A DNA stretch of 29,510 nt from Armatimonadota bacterium (GTDB lineage: Bacteria; Armatimonadota; Armatimonadia; Armatimonadales; Armatimonadaceae): positions 1 to 29,510 of the forward strand of contig JAYUUO010000216.1 of assembly GCA_043754515.1 (NCBI GenBank), written 5' to 3'. Of the stretch, positions 18,421 through 27,800 are shown one piece after another. A program made the position numbers and the translations under genes. Each line of letters starts with the position of its first letter. The stretch's first letter is position 1. The notes under the pieces are model-generated. The model did not search any database, had not been told where the DNA came from, and was given only the letters and a program-made list of their open reading frames with translations.

Positions 18421-21400
18421 ATGCTTGAAAATCGGCCCGTTCGTCTCCTATTAATCGGGGGCGACGACAATATATACGACGCCCTCCGACAGACCGGCGG
18501 AGGGTCATCTTCCGCCGGGGAGCTGTCGGTGACAGTGGTCTGGGAGCGCGAGGACGTTCCCTTCCCCGAGGTGGCGGGATGGGAACTTTATGACGTCGTC
18601 TTCCTGGCGACTGCCGTGGACGGCGGCTACCTCGACCGCTTACGGGACGCCCGGCGGCTTGGGTCGGCCTCACATCCCCCCACGCCGGTTCCGCCGCTGA
18701 TACTGCTACTCGGCCGGGCGAGCGACATGCCCGGCGACGAGGCGCGGGACACCGGCATCGTGGATTATCTGGTGGGTTCGGATCTTTCGCCTGATGTCTT
18801 GACGCGTTGCCTACGGTATGCCCTGAACCGCGCCCGCGTCGAGCGGGAGACCATACCGGCTCCGCCCGCCGCTACCGCGCCCGATCGGGCGGGTGTCGCG
18901 TTGACGCCCGGCCCCCTCGACTCTGGCGCGGACTACTTCCGGCAGATCGTGGAAACCGCGAACGAGGGTATTTGGGTCGCGGACACGTCCGGGCGGGCGA
19001 CGTACGTGAACGACAAGATCGCGCGGACACTGGGGTACCAACCCGAGGAGATGATCGGCAGATCGGGCCTCGATTTCGCGCATCCAGAGGACAGGTTGCT
19101 GCTCGCCTCGCAACTGGAGCGCAGATGGGCGGGGCATAGCGGTAACTACGAGGCACGGTTTCTTCACCGGAACGGCGAGACGGTGTGGCTACAACTCGCC
19201 AGTAGCCCGCTCCGGGATGACGACCCCGGCATCGTCACCGGCTCAATGGCGGTGCTGACGAACATCACGGCGCGCAAGCAGACCGAGGAAGCGTTGCGCC
19301 GGGAGACGGAGCGGTTCGAGACCATCGCCGCCGTCGTGCCGGGCGTGCTCTATTCATTCCGCATCCGCCCCGATGGTAGTAGCCACTTCCTCTACGCAAG
19401 CCCCGGCGTCGTTGATCTGCTCGGTGTGACTCCCGAGCAGATGGCGAACAAAATCTGTGACCTCATCCACCCCGATGATCGAGACCGGGTCGCGGCGTCG
19501 GTCGCGGCGTCGGCGCGTGACCTGACGCCATGGAAGATCGAATACCGGGTACTGCACCCGGACAAGGGCGAGGTGTGGGTCGAGGGGCGCACCGCCCCCG
19601 TGCGCGAGCCGGACGGCGGTACGATCTGGCACGGCTTCCTGGTGGACGTGACGGAGCGCAAGCGCACCGAGGAGGCACTCCAGGCGGGGACGCGGGAGAT
19701 GCGGCACATGATGGGCACAGCCCGTTGTCTGCTCTGGAGCGCACTGGTGACGGACCGGGGCGGCTGGTTTGACTACTGGGATATTCTGCACCGTGACGAG
19801 GAAGCGGCGCAAAGGTTTCTGCCGCTCGACGTCGCGCCCGACGAGAGCTATATCAAGGCGTCGTACCGACACCGGCACCCGGCTGACCGCGAGCGGACGG
19901 ACATCTACGCGCGGGATCGGATACGGGCGAACCAGGGCTACGTGGTGGAGTTCCGTTGCCGAGGCACGGACGGGGAGTGGCACTGGCATCATGAGGACGT
20001 GCATATAGAGCCACTCGGCCAGAACCGTTGGCACGCCGTGGTGGTCACCACCGATATTACCGCGGTCAAGGAGGCCGAAATCCGCGAGGCAGCCCGCGCG
20101 ACGACGTTCGCCCTGGTCGCGGGCGACGCGCCGCTGGAATCCGTTCTGGAGAGCATCGTTCACGGCATGGAGTCCGCGAACCCCGCCGCGCTTTGTAGCA
20201 TCGTCTGCCTAGACGAGGACGACACCCGCCTTCGCGTCGGAGCCGCGCCCAGTCTCCCGGCATTTTATAATCGCGCCACTGAGGGAATGCGCATCGGCCC
20301 GGAAGCGGGCTGTTGCGGTGCGGCGGTGTTCCTCGCCCGCCGTGTCGTTAGCGAGAACATCGCCACCGACGATCTCTTCCACGGCAGACACGATCTCGCC
20401 GCGCGCGCCGGGCTTGCGTCCTGCTGGGCGGAGCCTATCCTGTCAAGAGTGGGCAAGGTGCTAGGAGCGTTTGCCATTTATCATCGGGAGTCGTACGCCC
20501 CTACCACGAAAAATATTGAGGAGGTCGTGGCGGCGGCCCAACTCGCCGCAGTCGCCATCGAGCGCAAGCAGACCGAGGACGCCCTGCGCGAGAGCGAGCA
20601 ACGTTTCCGCGTGACATTCGAGCAGGCGGCGGTTGGCATCCTGCACATCGCGCTGGACGGCCGGTATGCGCGCGTCAACCAGAAGTTCCGCGACCTCCTC
20701 GGGTATACGACGGACGAACTACTGACGCTCGCTTTCCAGCGGATCACCCACCCGGACGACCTTGAGGCGAATATCGCGCTCATGCGGCAGGCTCTTCGCG
20801 GCGGGATCACGTCTTACACGATAGAGAGCCGGTACCTCCGCAAAGACGGGACGTGGATGTGGGCGAACATCACCGTGTCCCTCGTCCGGGACGGCTCCGG
20901 GGAGGGGCAATACTTCGTCGCGGTCGTGGAGGATATCACGCGCCGCAAGGAGGCCGAAGAAGCGTTGCGTCGCCTGAACGCCGAACTCGAAGGGCAAATC
21001 GGGCGGCGTACCGCCGCGCTCGAAGCCGCGAACACCGCGCTCGAAGCCGCGAACACCGCACTCCAGACGACGAACGGCGAACTCGAAGCGTTCTCCTACT
21101 CGGTCTCGCACGATCTGCGGGCACCGCTCCGCGCGATTGACGGGTTCTGTCGCATCCTGATCGAAGACTTCGGGGGGCGGATCCCGGCACCGGCGGGCGA
21201 ACATCTCCGGGAAATCCGCGCCAACGCGCGGAAGATGGGGGCACTCATAGATGATCTGCTCCGGTTCTCGCGGCTGACCCGGCAGCCGCTCCGGAAGCAG
21301 TGGATTAAAATGGACGATCTGCTCGGCGAGTGTGTCGCCGAGTCACGCCCGACGTTCGCGGGGCGGCGCGTCACGATCCAAATCGGCGAGCTACCGGGAG

Positions 21401-21774
21401 CTTTCGGGGACCCCGCGCTGATCAAGCAGGTCTGGCTCAATCTGCTGGGGAACGCGATCAAGTACACCGCCAGCCGCGACGAGGCGATGATACAGATCGG
21501 CGCGGCCCGCGAGTCGGCAGGCGTGGTTTACTCCATCCGCGATAACGGGGTCGGCTTCGATACGCGCTACGCGGGTAAACTGTTCGGCGTTTTCCAGCGG
21601 CTACACGGCGACGAATACGAGGGCACCGGCGTCGGTCTCGCCATCGTGGAGCGGATTATCCGACGCCACGGAGGACAAATCCGGGCGGAGGCGGAAATAG
21701 GCCGGGGCGCGTCTTTCTTCTTCACCCTGGGCGCGGCGGAAGCCGCGGACGCGCGCGGCGCGGACGATCCGTGA
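18421..21774 (+). CDS. Cytoplasmic sensor histidine kinase (pseudo-REC, PAS, PAS, PAS-like, GAF, PAS, HisKA, HATPase_c)
   Basis: PAS/PAC motifs (HPED, HPDD, DITRRK), a GAF region (GCCGAA, SCWAEPI), H-box SYSVSHDLRAPLR, N-box NLLGNAIKY, DNGVGF and GTGVGLAIV. No TM segments. Confidence 0.95.
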   Translation: MLENRPVRLLLIGGDDNIYDALRQTGGGSSSAGELSVTVVWEREDVPFPEVAGWELYDVVFLATAVDGGYLDRLRDARRLGSASHPPTPVPPLILLLGRASDMPGDEARDTGIVDYLVGSDLSPDVLTRCLRYALNRARVERETIPAPPAATAPDRAGVALTPGPLDSGADYFRQIVETANEGIWVADTSGRATYVNDKIARTLGYQPEEMIGRSGLDFAHPEDRLLLASQLERRWAGHSGNYEARFLHRNGETVWLQLASSPLRDDDPGIVTGSMAVLTNITARKQTEEALRRETERFETIAAVVPGVLYSFRIRPDGSSHFLYASPGVVDLLGVTPEQMANKICDLIHPDDRDRVAASVAASARDLTPWKIEYRVLHPDKGEVWVEGRTAPVREPDGGTIWHGFLVDVTERKRTEEALQAGTREMRHMMGTARCLLWSALVTDRGGWFDYWDILHRDEEAAQRFLPLDVAPDESYIKASYRHRHPADRERTDIYARDRIRANQGYVVEFRCRGTDGEWHWHHEDVHIEPLGQNRWHAVVVTTDITAVKEAEIREAARATTFALVAGDAPLESVLESIVHGMESANPAALCSIVCLDEDDTRLRVGAAPSLPAFYNRATEGMRIGPEAGCCGAAVFLARRVVSENIATDDLFHGRHDLAARAGLASCWAEPILSRVGKVLGAFAIYHRESYAPTTKNIEEVVAAAQLAAVAIERKQTEDALRESEQRFRVTFEQAAVGILHIALDGRYARVNQKFRDLLGYTTDELLTLAFQRITHPDDLEANIALMRQALRGGITSYTIESRYLRKDGTWMWANITVSLVRDGSGEGQYFVAVVEDITRRKEAEEALRRLNAELEGQIGRRTAALEAANTALEAANTALQTTNGELEAFSYSVSHDLRAPLRAIDGFCRILIEDFGGRIPAPAGEHLREIRANARKMGALIDDLLRFSRLTRQPLRKQWIKMDDLLGECVAESRPTFAGRRVTIQIGELPGAFGDPALIKQVWLNLLGNAIKYTASRDEAMIQIGAARESAGVVYSIRDNGVGFDTRYAGKLFGVFQRLHGDEYEGTGVGLAIVERIIRRHGGQIRAEAEIGRGASFFFTLGAAEAADARGADDP
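21014..21076 (+). repeat. In-frame 21-bp tandem repeat (ALEAANT x2 plus degenerate ALQTTNG)
   Basis: CCGCGCTCGAAGCCGCGAACA is repeated exactly at 21014-21034 and 21035-21055. Confidence 0.9.
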
Positions 21775-22013
21775 GAGTGGGAACCAACTCGGGCCGCGTT
21801 TGTCTTTGACGGGTCAATAGCGACGGGCACGCCACACTACGGTGCCCGCGTCGCGGAAAGCAGAAAACATCCTGGACAATTATCAGACTGGCACAAGCCC
21901 TTACTCCGCGACGCGAACGGTCCACGAACCGTGGTGTGTGGTAGCGGGCCGGGCGGGAGTCGGCACCCGCCGCCCGCGATTCGTCGCCGCGCCCGACGGG
22001 GGTGCGCTGGGAG

Positions 22014-23483
22014 ATGCCTGAGTGCACGCTACGCATTTTGCATGTCGAAGATAACCCGTCGGATGCCCGGCTGGTCCGCCACGAACTGGAGCGGGCGGGA
22101 TTCTCCGTCGCCGTGACCCGAGTCGAGACCGAGGCGGATTACCTCGCCGGTCTGGACGCGCGGCCGCATGTGATCCTTTGCGATTACAACCTGCCTGCCT
22201 TCGACGCGCCGCGCGCCCTGGAGCTGTCGCGACAACGCTCGTTGGACATACCGTTTCTGATCATCACCGGTGCCATCGGTGAGGAAACGGCGGTCAGAGC
22301 CATCAAATTGGGCGCGAACGACTACTTGCTCAAAGACCGGCTCGGCCGACTGGGGGTAGCGGTACGGCAGGCACTGGAACAACAAAGCCTGCGCGAGGCG
22401 AAGCGGCTTTCGCGGAAGCGGCACGCCCGCGACGCGATGATGCTGGCGAGCGTGCGCGACTCGATCATCGTGACCGACGGCGACGGCATCGTGACCTACT
22501 GGAACGAAGGCTCGGCCCGGCTCTGGGGTTGGACGGCGGGCGAGGTGTTAGGTAAGCCCGCCGCAGGCTGGCTCGGCGCGGGCGGCACGCCCGCGCCGGC
22601 GGGGGGCGGCACGGCGCACGACGCCGACACCGCCTGGAGTCCGGAGTGCTCCAGTTCCCACAAGGACGGGAGCCTTGTCTGGACCCGTTGCCGCGTGACG
22701 CGCATCCACGCCGAGACCGGAGAGACTGTCGGACATCTCGCCCTTTCCTACGACATCACCGACGCCCGCGCGGCCGAGGCCGAACGCGTCGCGGCGCAAT
22801 TACAGAAGGAAGAAGCACTGCGCGAGCGCGAGGCCATCCTGCTAGAGAACGCGCGGCTCCTGCGGGCGGCGACGGAGAGCGCGGAGCAACAACGCACGTT
22901 CCTGAAAGACGTTCTGTTCTCGGTCACCGAGGGGCGTCTGTCGCTGTGCGATGACTGGAACGAGCTACCAGATCCGCCGGGCACCCACACCTCGTCGAAG
23001 CGACTCGGCATGAATGGCGCGTTCCCGGATGCCGTCTCGAGTCTGTCCTTCCCCGACATCGTCCTCGCCCCCGAGTCCCTGTCCGCGTTGCGGCGGCAGG
23101 TCACCGAAGCCGCGACCGCGTGTGGCCTCGACCCGGAGCGGCAGTACGACCTGGTATGTGCCACGGGAGAGGCGGCTATGAACGCGGTCGTACACGCGAC
23201 CGGCGGCACCGCGCGCGTCTTCGGCGACCCCAGCTCTGGCAGCGTGCAGGTTTGGATCGTGGACCGCGGGAAGGGCATTGACCTGTCGCGCCTGCCGCGC
23301 GCGACCCTGGAGCGCGGCTACAGCACGGCGGGGTCGCTCGGGCACGGCTTCTGGATGATCCTGCGCACCTGTGACCGGGTCTACCTCCTGACCGGCGCGC
23401 TCGGAACCACGGTGGTGCTGGAGCAGGAGAGGGTCGCCGCGGGTGTCGCCTGGATCGCTGGCACAGAGCGGTCGGGTTGCTAG
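22014..23483 (+). CDS. Response regulator with PAS and an RsbW/SpoIIAB-like (HATPase_c_2) output domain
   Basis: REC with RILHVEDN, phosphoacceptor ILCD, IITG and DYLLK. PAS (IVTYWNEGSARLWGW). C-terminal LSALRRQV...GEAAMNAVVHA...DRGKGID...GHGFW, with no H-box. Start may be GTG 22002 or ATG 22014. Confidence 0.85.
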   Translation: MPECTLRILHVEDNPSDARLVRHELERAGFSVAVTRVETEADYLAGLDARPHVILCDYNLPAFDAPRALELSRQRSLDIPFLIITGAIGEETAVRAIKLGANDYLLKDRLGRLGVAVRQALEQQSLREAKRLSRKRHARDAMMLASVRDSIIVTDGDGIVTYWNEGSARLWGWTAGEVLGKPAAGWLGAGGTPAPAGGGTAHDADTAWSPECSSSHKDGSLVWTRCRVTRIHAETGETVGHLALSYDITDARAAEAERVAAQLQKEEALREREAILLENARLLRAATESAEQQRTFLKDVLFSVTEGRLSLCDDWNELPDPPGTHTSSKRLGMNGAFPDAVSSLSFPDIVLAPESLSALRRQVTEAATACGLDPERQYDLVCATGEAAMNAVVHATGGTARVFGDPSSGSVQVWIVDRGKGIDLSRLPRATLERGYSTAGSLGHGFWMILRTCDRVYLLTGALGTTVVLEQERVAAGVAWIAGTERSGC

Positions 23484-24748
23484 ACTACCGGCATCGCGCG
23501 CCCGTTCTCCCCGCGCCAAAGGAACGAAAGCGGTACCGCGAATAGATTCTCGCCGAACGCCACGGTGGTATCGCCCGAATAGAACACGACGCCGCGATGG
23601 AACCGCTCGCCCGCGGCGTCCCGCAGGGCGATCAGCCCTTTGAAGTCGTGGGCGTTCACCGTCGCCGCCGCCTTGACCTCGATTCCCACGATCTCTCCGC
23701 TCCGCTTCTCGAGTACGACGTCTACCTCCTGACGCGCCTGGGTGCGGAAGTGAAACAGGGCGGGGCGCGACTCGCTCCACGAAGAGTGCTTCATTAGCTC
23801 CATGACCACGAACGTTTCGAGCAACGCGCCCAGGATCGTGCCGCCGCCGTCGGTGCCCAGGAGGCGGGCCGCGTCTAGCCCGAGCAGGTGTCCGGCGAGT
23901 CCCGTATCGCGGACGTAAACCTTGGGCGTTTTGATCGCCCGCGTCCCGAGGTTCCCCGACCACGCCGGGAGCCGCGCCGTGAGATAGGTGGTCTCCAGTA
24001 CCACGAGGTAACGGGTCAGCGTCGCGTACGGCGTGACGAGATCATGGGCCAACCCGGTGACGTTGAGGAGGTTGGCGGTGCGTGCCGCGAGCACGGCGAG
24101 TATGCGCGGCAGGAGAGTAAGACTCGCGATGTCGGCGATGTCGCGCACGTCGCGTTGCAAGATGGTGGTCAAGTACGACTCGAACCACCGCCCGCGCCGC
24201 GCCGCCGGGCGGGCGAGCGACTCGGGATAGCCCCCCGCGAGTAGCATCGCGGCGATTTCGGCGCGGGGCACGGCGGGTAACGCGGGTGGCGAGAAATCGT
24301 CGCCGAACAGAGCGGCGATCACGTCGCGGGGGCCGCCCAGGATCTCGGCTTGTGCGAGGGGGTGTAGCGTCAGGACTTCCATTCGCCCCGCGAGCGATTC
24401 GGAGAGTTTCGGGAGTAGCAGCACGTTCGCGGAGCCGGTCAGCACGAACAGCCCCGGTGTCCGCTCGCGGTCAACTAGCAGTTTGATCGCGGGAAATAGC
24501 TCGGGGCAGTGTTGGACTTCGTCAATCACCACCGGCGCGGGCAGGTTTTCCAGAAAGCCGCGCGGATCGGACTTCGCGGCGGCGAGCACCGTGGTGTCGT
24601 CGAGGGTGCGGAACGACGCCGCGTCAAACGCCTCCCGCACCAGGGTGGTCTTACCGGTCTGACGCGCTCCGCAGACAAGAACCACGGGCGTGTCCGTGCA
24701 CGCATCGGCGAGGAATGGGAGCAGGAAGCGGGGGTAGAGTGATAGCAT
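23480..24748 (-). CDS. AAA_14 family ATP-binding protein with DUF4143 (C-terminal restriction-endonuclease-like fold)
   Basis: GARQTGKTT, VIDEVQ, LTGSA, ESLAGR, GGYPE, KTPKVYVRDTGL, LETFV and EVDVVLE...GIEVKA. Confidence 0.93.
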   Translation of the reverse strand: MLSLYPRFLLPFLADACTDTPVVLVCGARQTGKTTLVREAFDAASFRTLDDTTVLAAAKSDPRGFLENLPAPVVIDEVQHCPELFPAIKLLVDRERTPGLFVLTGSANVLLLPKLSESLAGRMEVLTLHPLAQAEILGGPRDVIAALFGDDFSPPALPAVPRAEIAAMLLAGGYPESLARPAARRGRWFESYLTTILQRDVRDIADIASLTLLPRILAVLAARTANLLNVTGLAHDLVTPYATLTRYLVVLETTYLTARLPAWSGNLGTRAIKTPKVYVRDTGLAGHLLGLDAARLLGTDGGGTILGALLETFVVMELMKHSSWSESRPALFHFRTQARQEVDVVLEKRSGEIVGIEVKAAATVNAHDFKGLIALRDAAGERFHRGVVFYSGDTTVAFGENLFAVPLSFLWRGENGRAMPVV

Positions 24749-24771
24749 CTATGGTCTCGATCCTGTATTTT

Positions 24772-24858
24772 TATCCACGAAGTGGATAGATATTATCCAT
24801 TTGGTGGATAATATCTATCCACCCATCAGGTAGATTCTATCTGATGGATGGATGGATA
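24772..24858. repeat. 22-bp-period array of TATCCA-N5-TGGATA palindromes (putative operator array)
   Basis: Units start at 24772, 24794, 24816 and 24838; the last two are degenerate. Includes a perfect 18-bp inverted repeat at 24782-24822. Confidence 0.85.
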
Positions 24859-24881
24859 TCAAGACTGTGGTAACCGATGTG

Positions 24882-27800
24882 CTACCCCGACCACGCGCAC
24901 AGCGTTTCGATGTACGCCGCCGACCCGTCCCGCAACCATCCGTCGAGCTGCGCCTGGTCCTTGAGTTGCTGACCACGCCGCCGGGGGACGGCGACGAAGC
25001 GGGCGTCGAAATCCGTCAGCGTAGTCATGTCGCCCCAGAGCCGCTCCCACTGCGCGACGGGAAAAGTGTCTTCTTGACCGTGCCCCCACCGGCGTTTGAC
25101 GTCTTTAATCGTGATGTAGGTCGGCATCCGGGCGGCGACGGCGCGAATGCCTTCCCGCACCGCGTCGGGGTCGGAGAGCGTTTCGCGGGTCAGGCCGAAG
25201 ACGCGGAGCAGAGCGTTTATCCCGATCCATGTCGTCAGCGAATTGTAGTAGGTCAGCGCGAACTCGTCTTCCTCGCGCGGCATTGCCAGGCCCTCAACGA
25301 GCCGGAGCCGCCCGTCAACGCGCGCTAGGCCGCCGCCACGATCTTCGAGGCGGCGCGGGATAACCTCGACCGTCATGTCACCCCCACCTTCGATGTGCTG
25401 GCCGAGGAGCGCGGCGTCAACGTTCGCGCCGAGCGTGTCTATATTGTGGATCATCAGATATTCGAGCGCGGGCCGCTCCGACAGCAGGTTGAGGAGCGTG
25501 CCGTTCTTGAGCAGGTTCGGCACCTCGAACCAGTGCCCCACCGGGTGCAGACATTGGGACGGCGTATTTTGTGTATAGTCGCTCCCCTCGCCGGACTGCA
25601 CGGCCCAGTTCAGGAGCGCGGCGCGACCGCTCGCCCGCGCTTTTTGTTGTTGCGCGTCGAGAATCTGTTGCGGCATCTCCTCCCACGCGAAGCGCAGATC
25701 CCGCGCCATCGGCACCGTGCGCAACCCGATGGACTGGCCGGGCGACAGCGCGAGCGTGCCGGGGTACTGATAATCATTCTCGAAGGCCAGGTAGCGAGAG
25801 ATCGGCTCGTGGGTCAGATACGACGTGGTGAAGACGTGCGGGATCGTGGTCCCCGCGTCCGCGCCGACCTTGCGCGACTTCGCGAGGTGCGTCTCGATGA
25901 ACGTGCGGTGCTTGCCCCCGAGCCGCGCGAACGGGTGCAACGCCTTGACCACGCCCGCGCCCTGCGTCCAGCGGCTCCCCGCGCCCGCCGCGAGCGTGAC
26001 GACCGCGACCTTGCCCGCCCGGATCGCGTCTCGCCCGATATTTAAGGCGGCGTCCGGCAAGCCGTTCGTCGCGTCCACCACGTCGCCTGGAAGCACATCG
26101 CGGATGTCGGATGACACCGGCAGGCGGTTCTGCGCCAGCCCAATCCGCCCGTGCCGCAGGTCGGCGCGGATCTGCTCCTGTTGCACCGGGTCGAAGCCGT
26201 TGTCGCGTAGCAGGGTCGCGAGATCCGCTTCCTTGTCACCGCCGCGCTTCCCGGACGGCAACAGCCGCTCGAACAGCGTCTGTGCCATCCCGCGCAAATC
26301 GTCCCTCGCGGACGCGGCGGCGCGGACGGCGGCGAGTTCGGCATTCTGCGCGGCGGTCAAATCGCGCGGGTCGCGGCGCAGAAGCGCGGGCACCGTCTGC
26401 GCATAGTAGGTCGCTGGAAGCGGCGCGGTCTCGCCGGGGAGCAGTTCGCCCACCGTGCCCCGCTCGTTAATGGCGAACTCGTACACCACCGGCTCCATCG
26501 CGAACGGGAGCGCGTTCTCCAGGTGACGTTTCGCCGCCGACATGATCGCCTGGAGCGCGTCCTGTGCTTCGCGCTTGCGCCCCGGCGCGAATACGAACCC
26601 CATGCCGCCGCCCGACATCCCACCGAGCATCCAGAACCCCCAGAAGTCGGTGCCGAACCGCGCCCGTGCCTCGCGGATCAGCGTTTCGGTATACAGGTTA
26701 CTCGCCCACGGGATGATCGTCTGGATTGGCCCGAAGAAGTTGCCGGTCGTCTCGGTGCCGAGCGCGGCGATATCGCCCGCTTGCAGATGCGCGAGGATCC
26801 GGTTCAGCACCTGTTGCGCCTCGCCCCGCGCCGCCCATTCCGGCTCGGAACGCAACAGATATTTCTCGGTTACCATCTCCAAGATCGGCCCGACGTTCTG
26901 CGCCATGCCGCCGTGTACCAGCACCAAGCTGTCCTGCAACGCCCGCCGCGCCGCATCCGGGACGAAGTGGTGATGGGGCGCGTCAACGCCCACGACCGCC
27001 TCCGTGCCCAGGATCGTGTGCCCTGGGAGGAGTCGCCCCCGGCTGACGTTCCACTCCGGGTCGCCTTCCCGCGCGGGTTGCCCCTCGATCAGTTTGATGC
27101 CGGGCCAGACGCCGCCCGAATCCTGCCAGCCGCCGCCCGAACCGGCGATCCACTCGCCCAGAATCGCCCGCGACGCGACGACGCGCCGCTCGGATTCCTC
27201 GAGCGGCCCTTCCAGGCTTTTCGTCTGGCCGGTCGCCCGCATGCACGCGGCGGTGAGCGCGGCGAGCAGGTTGGTGGACACGGCGAGGCGCGAGCCTTTC
27301 GGGATGCCGTTCACGCTACTTACCAGTTCCAGCCCGCGCCCCGGCCCCGCGACACGCGCGAGCAGATGCGACAACTCCTGCTCCGACCCCTCCATGCCGG
27401 GCGGCACGATCCCCGACGCGATCAGGGCGGCTTTGAGCAGGCCGAGGTAATCGCGGGCGAAGTCGAACAGTTCCGCGAGCGTGGAAATGTCGGCGGTGAC
27501 GCCTAGATCAACGCTCGACAGCCGTATCACTGGCTCCTCGATCACGCGCAGGTACGCCTCGACGGGGGGGCGCGGAGTCGCCGCGTTTGTTCCAGCACCG
27601 GGCGTTTCGGAATCGGCCGTGGCCGGACGCACGGCGAGATCCACCGAGATGTTGAGCACCCGCGCCCCTTCGGGGTAGTCCATGCCGAGAAAGAAGATGT
27701 CGCTCCAGCCCGAGTGGGTCAGATCCATGCGCACCGGGGTTTGCTCGCGCAGGACCGGGAACGCGCCGGTGCCGTCCGCGCGCGCCAGCAGTTCGGGGCG

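Noticed and set aside
18421..21774. Histidine kinase as a bacteriophytochrome or LOV photoreceptor
   Set aside because: The kinase core resembles that subtype, but there is no PAS-GAF-PHY module with a DIP motif and no GxNCRFLQ LOV motif.
24772..24858. The palindrome array as a CRISPR array or oriC
   Set aside because: The 22-bp period with 5-bp spacers is far too short for CRISPR and there are no cas genes. There is no perfect DnaA box, long unwinding region or dnaA/dnaN context.
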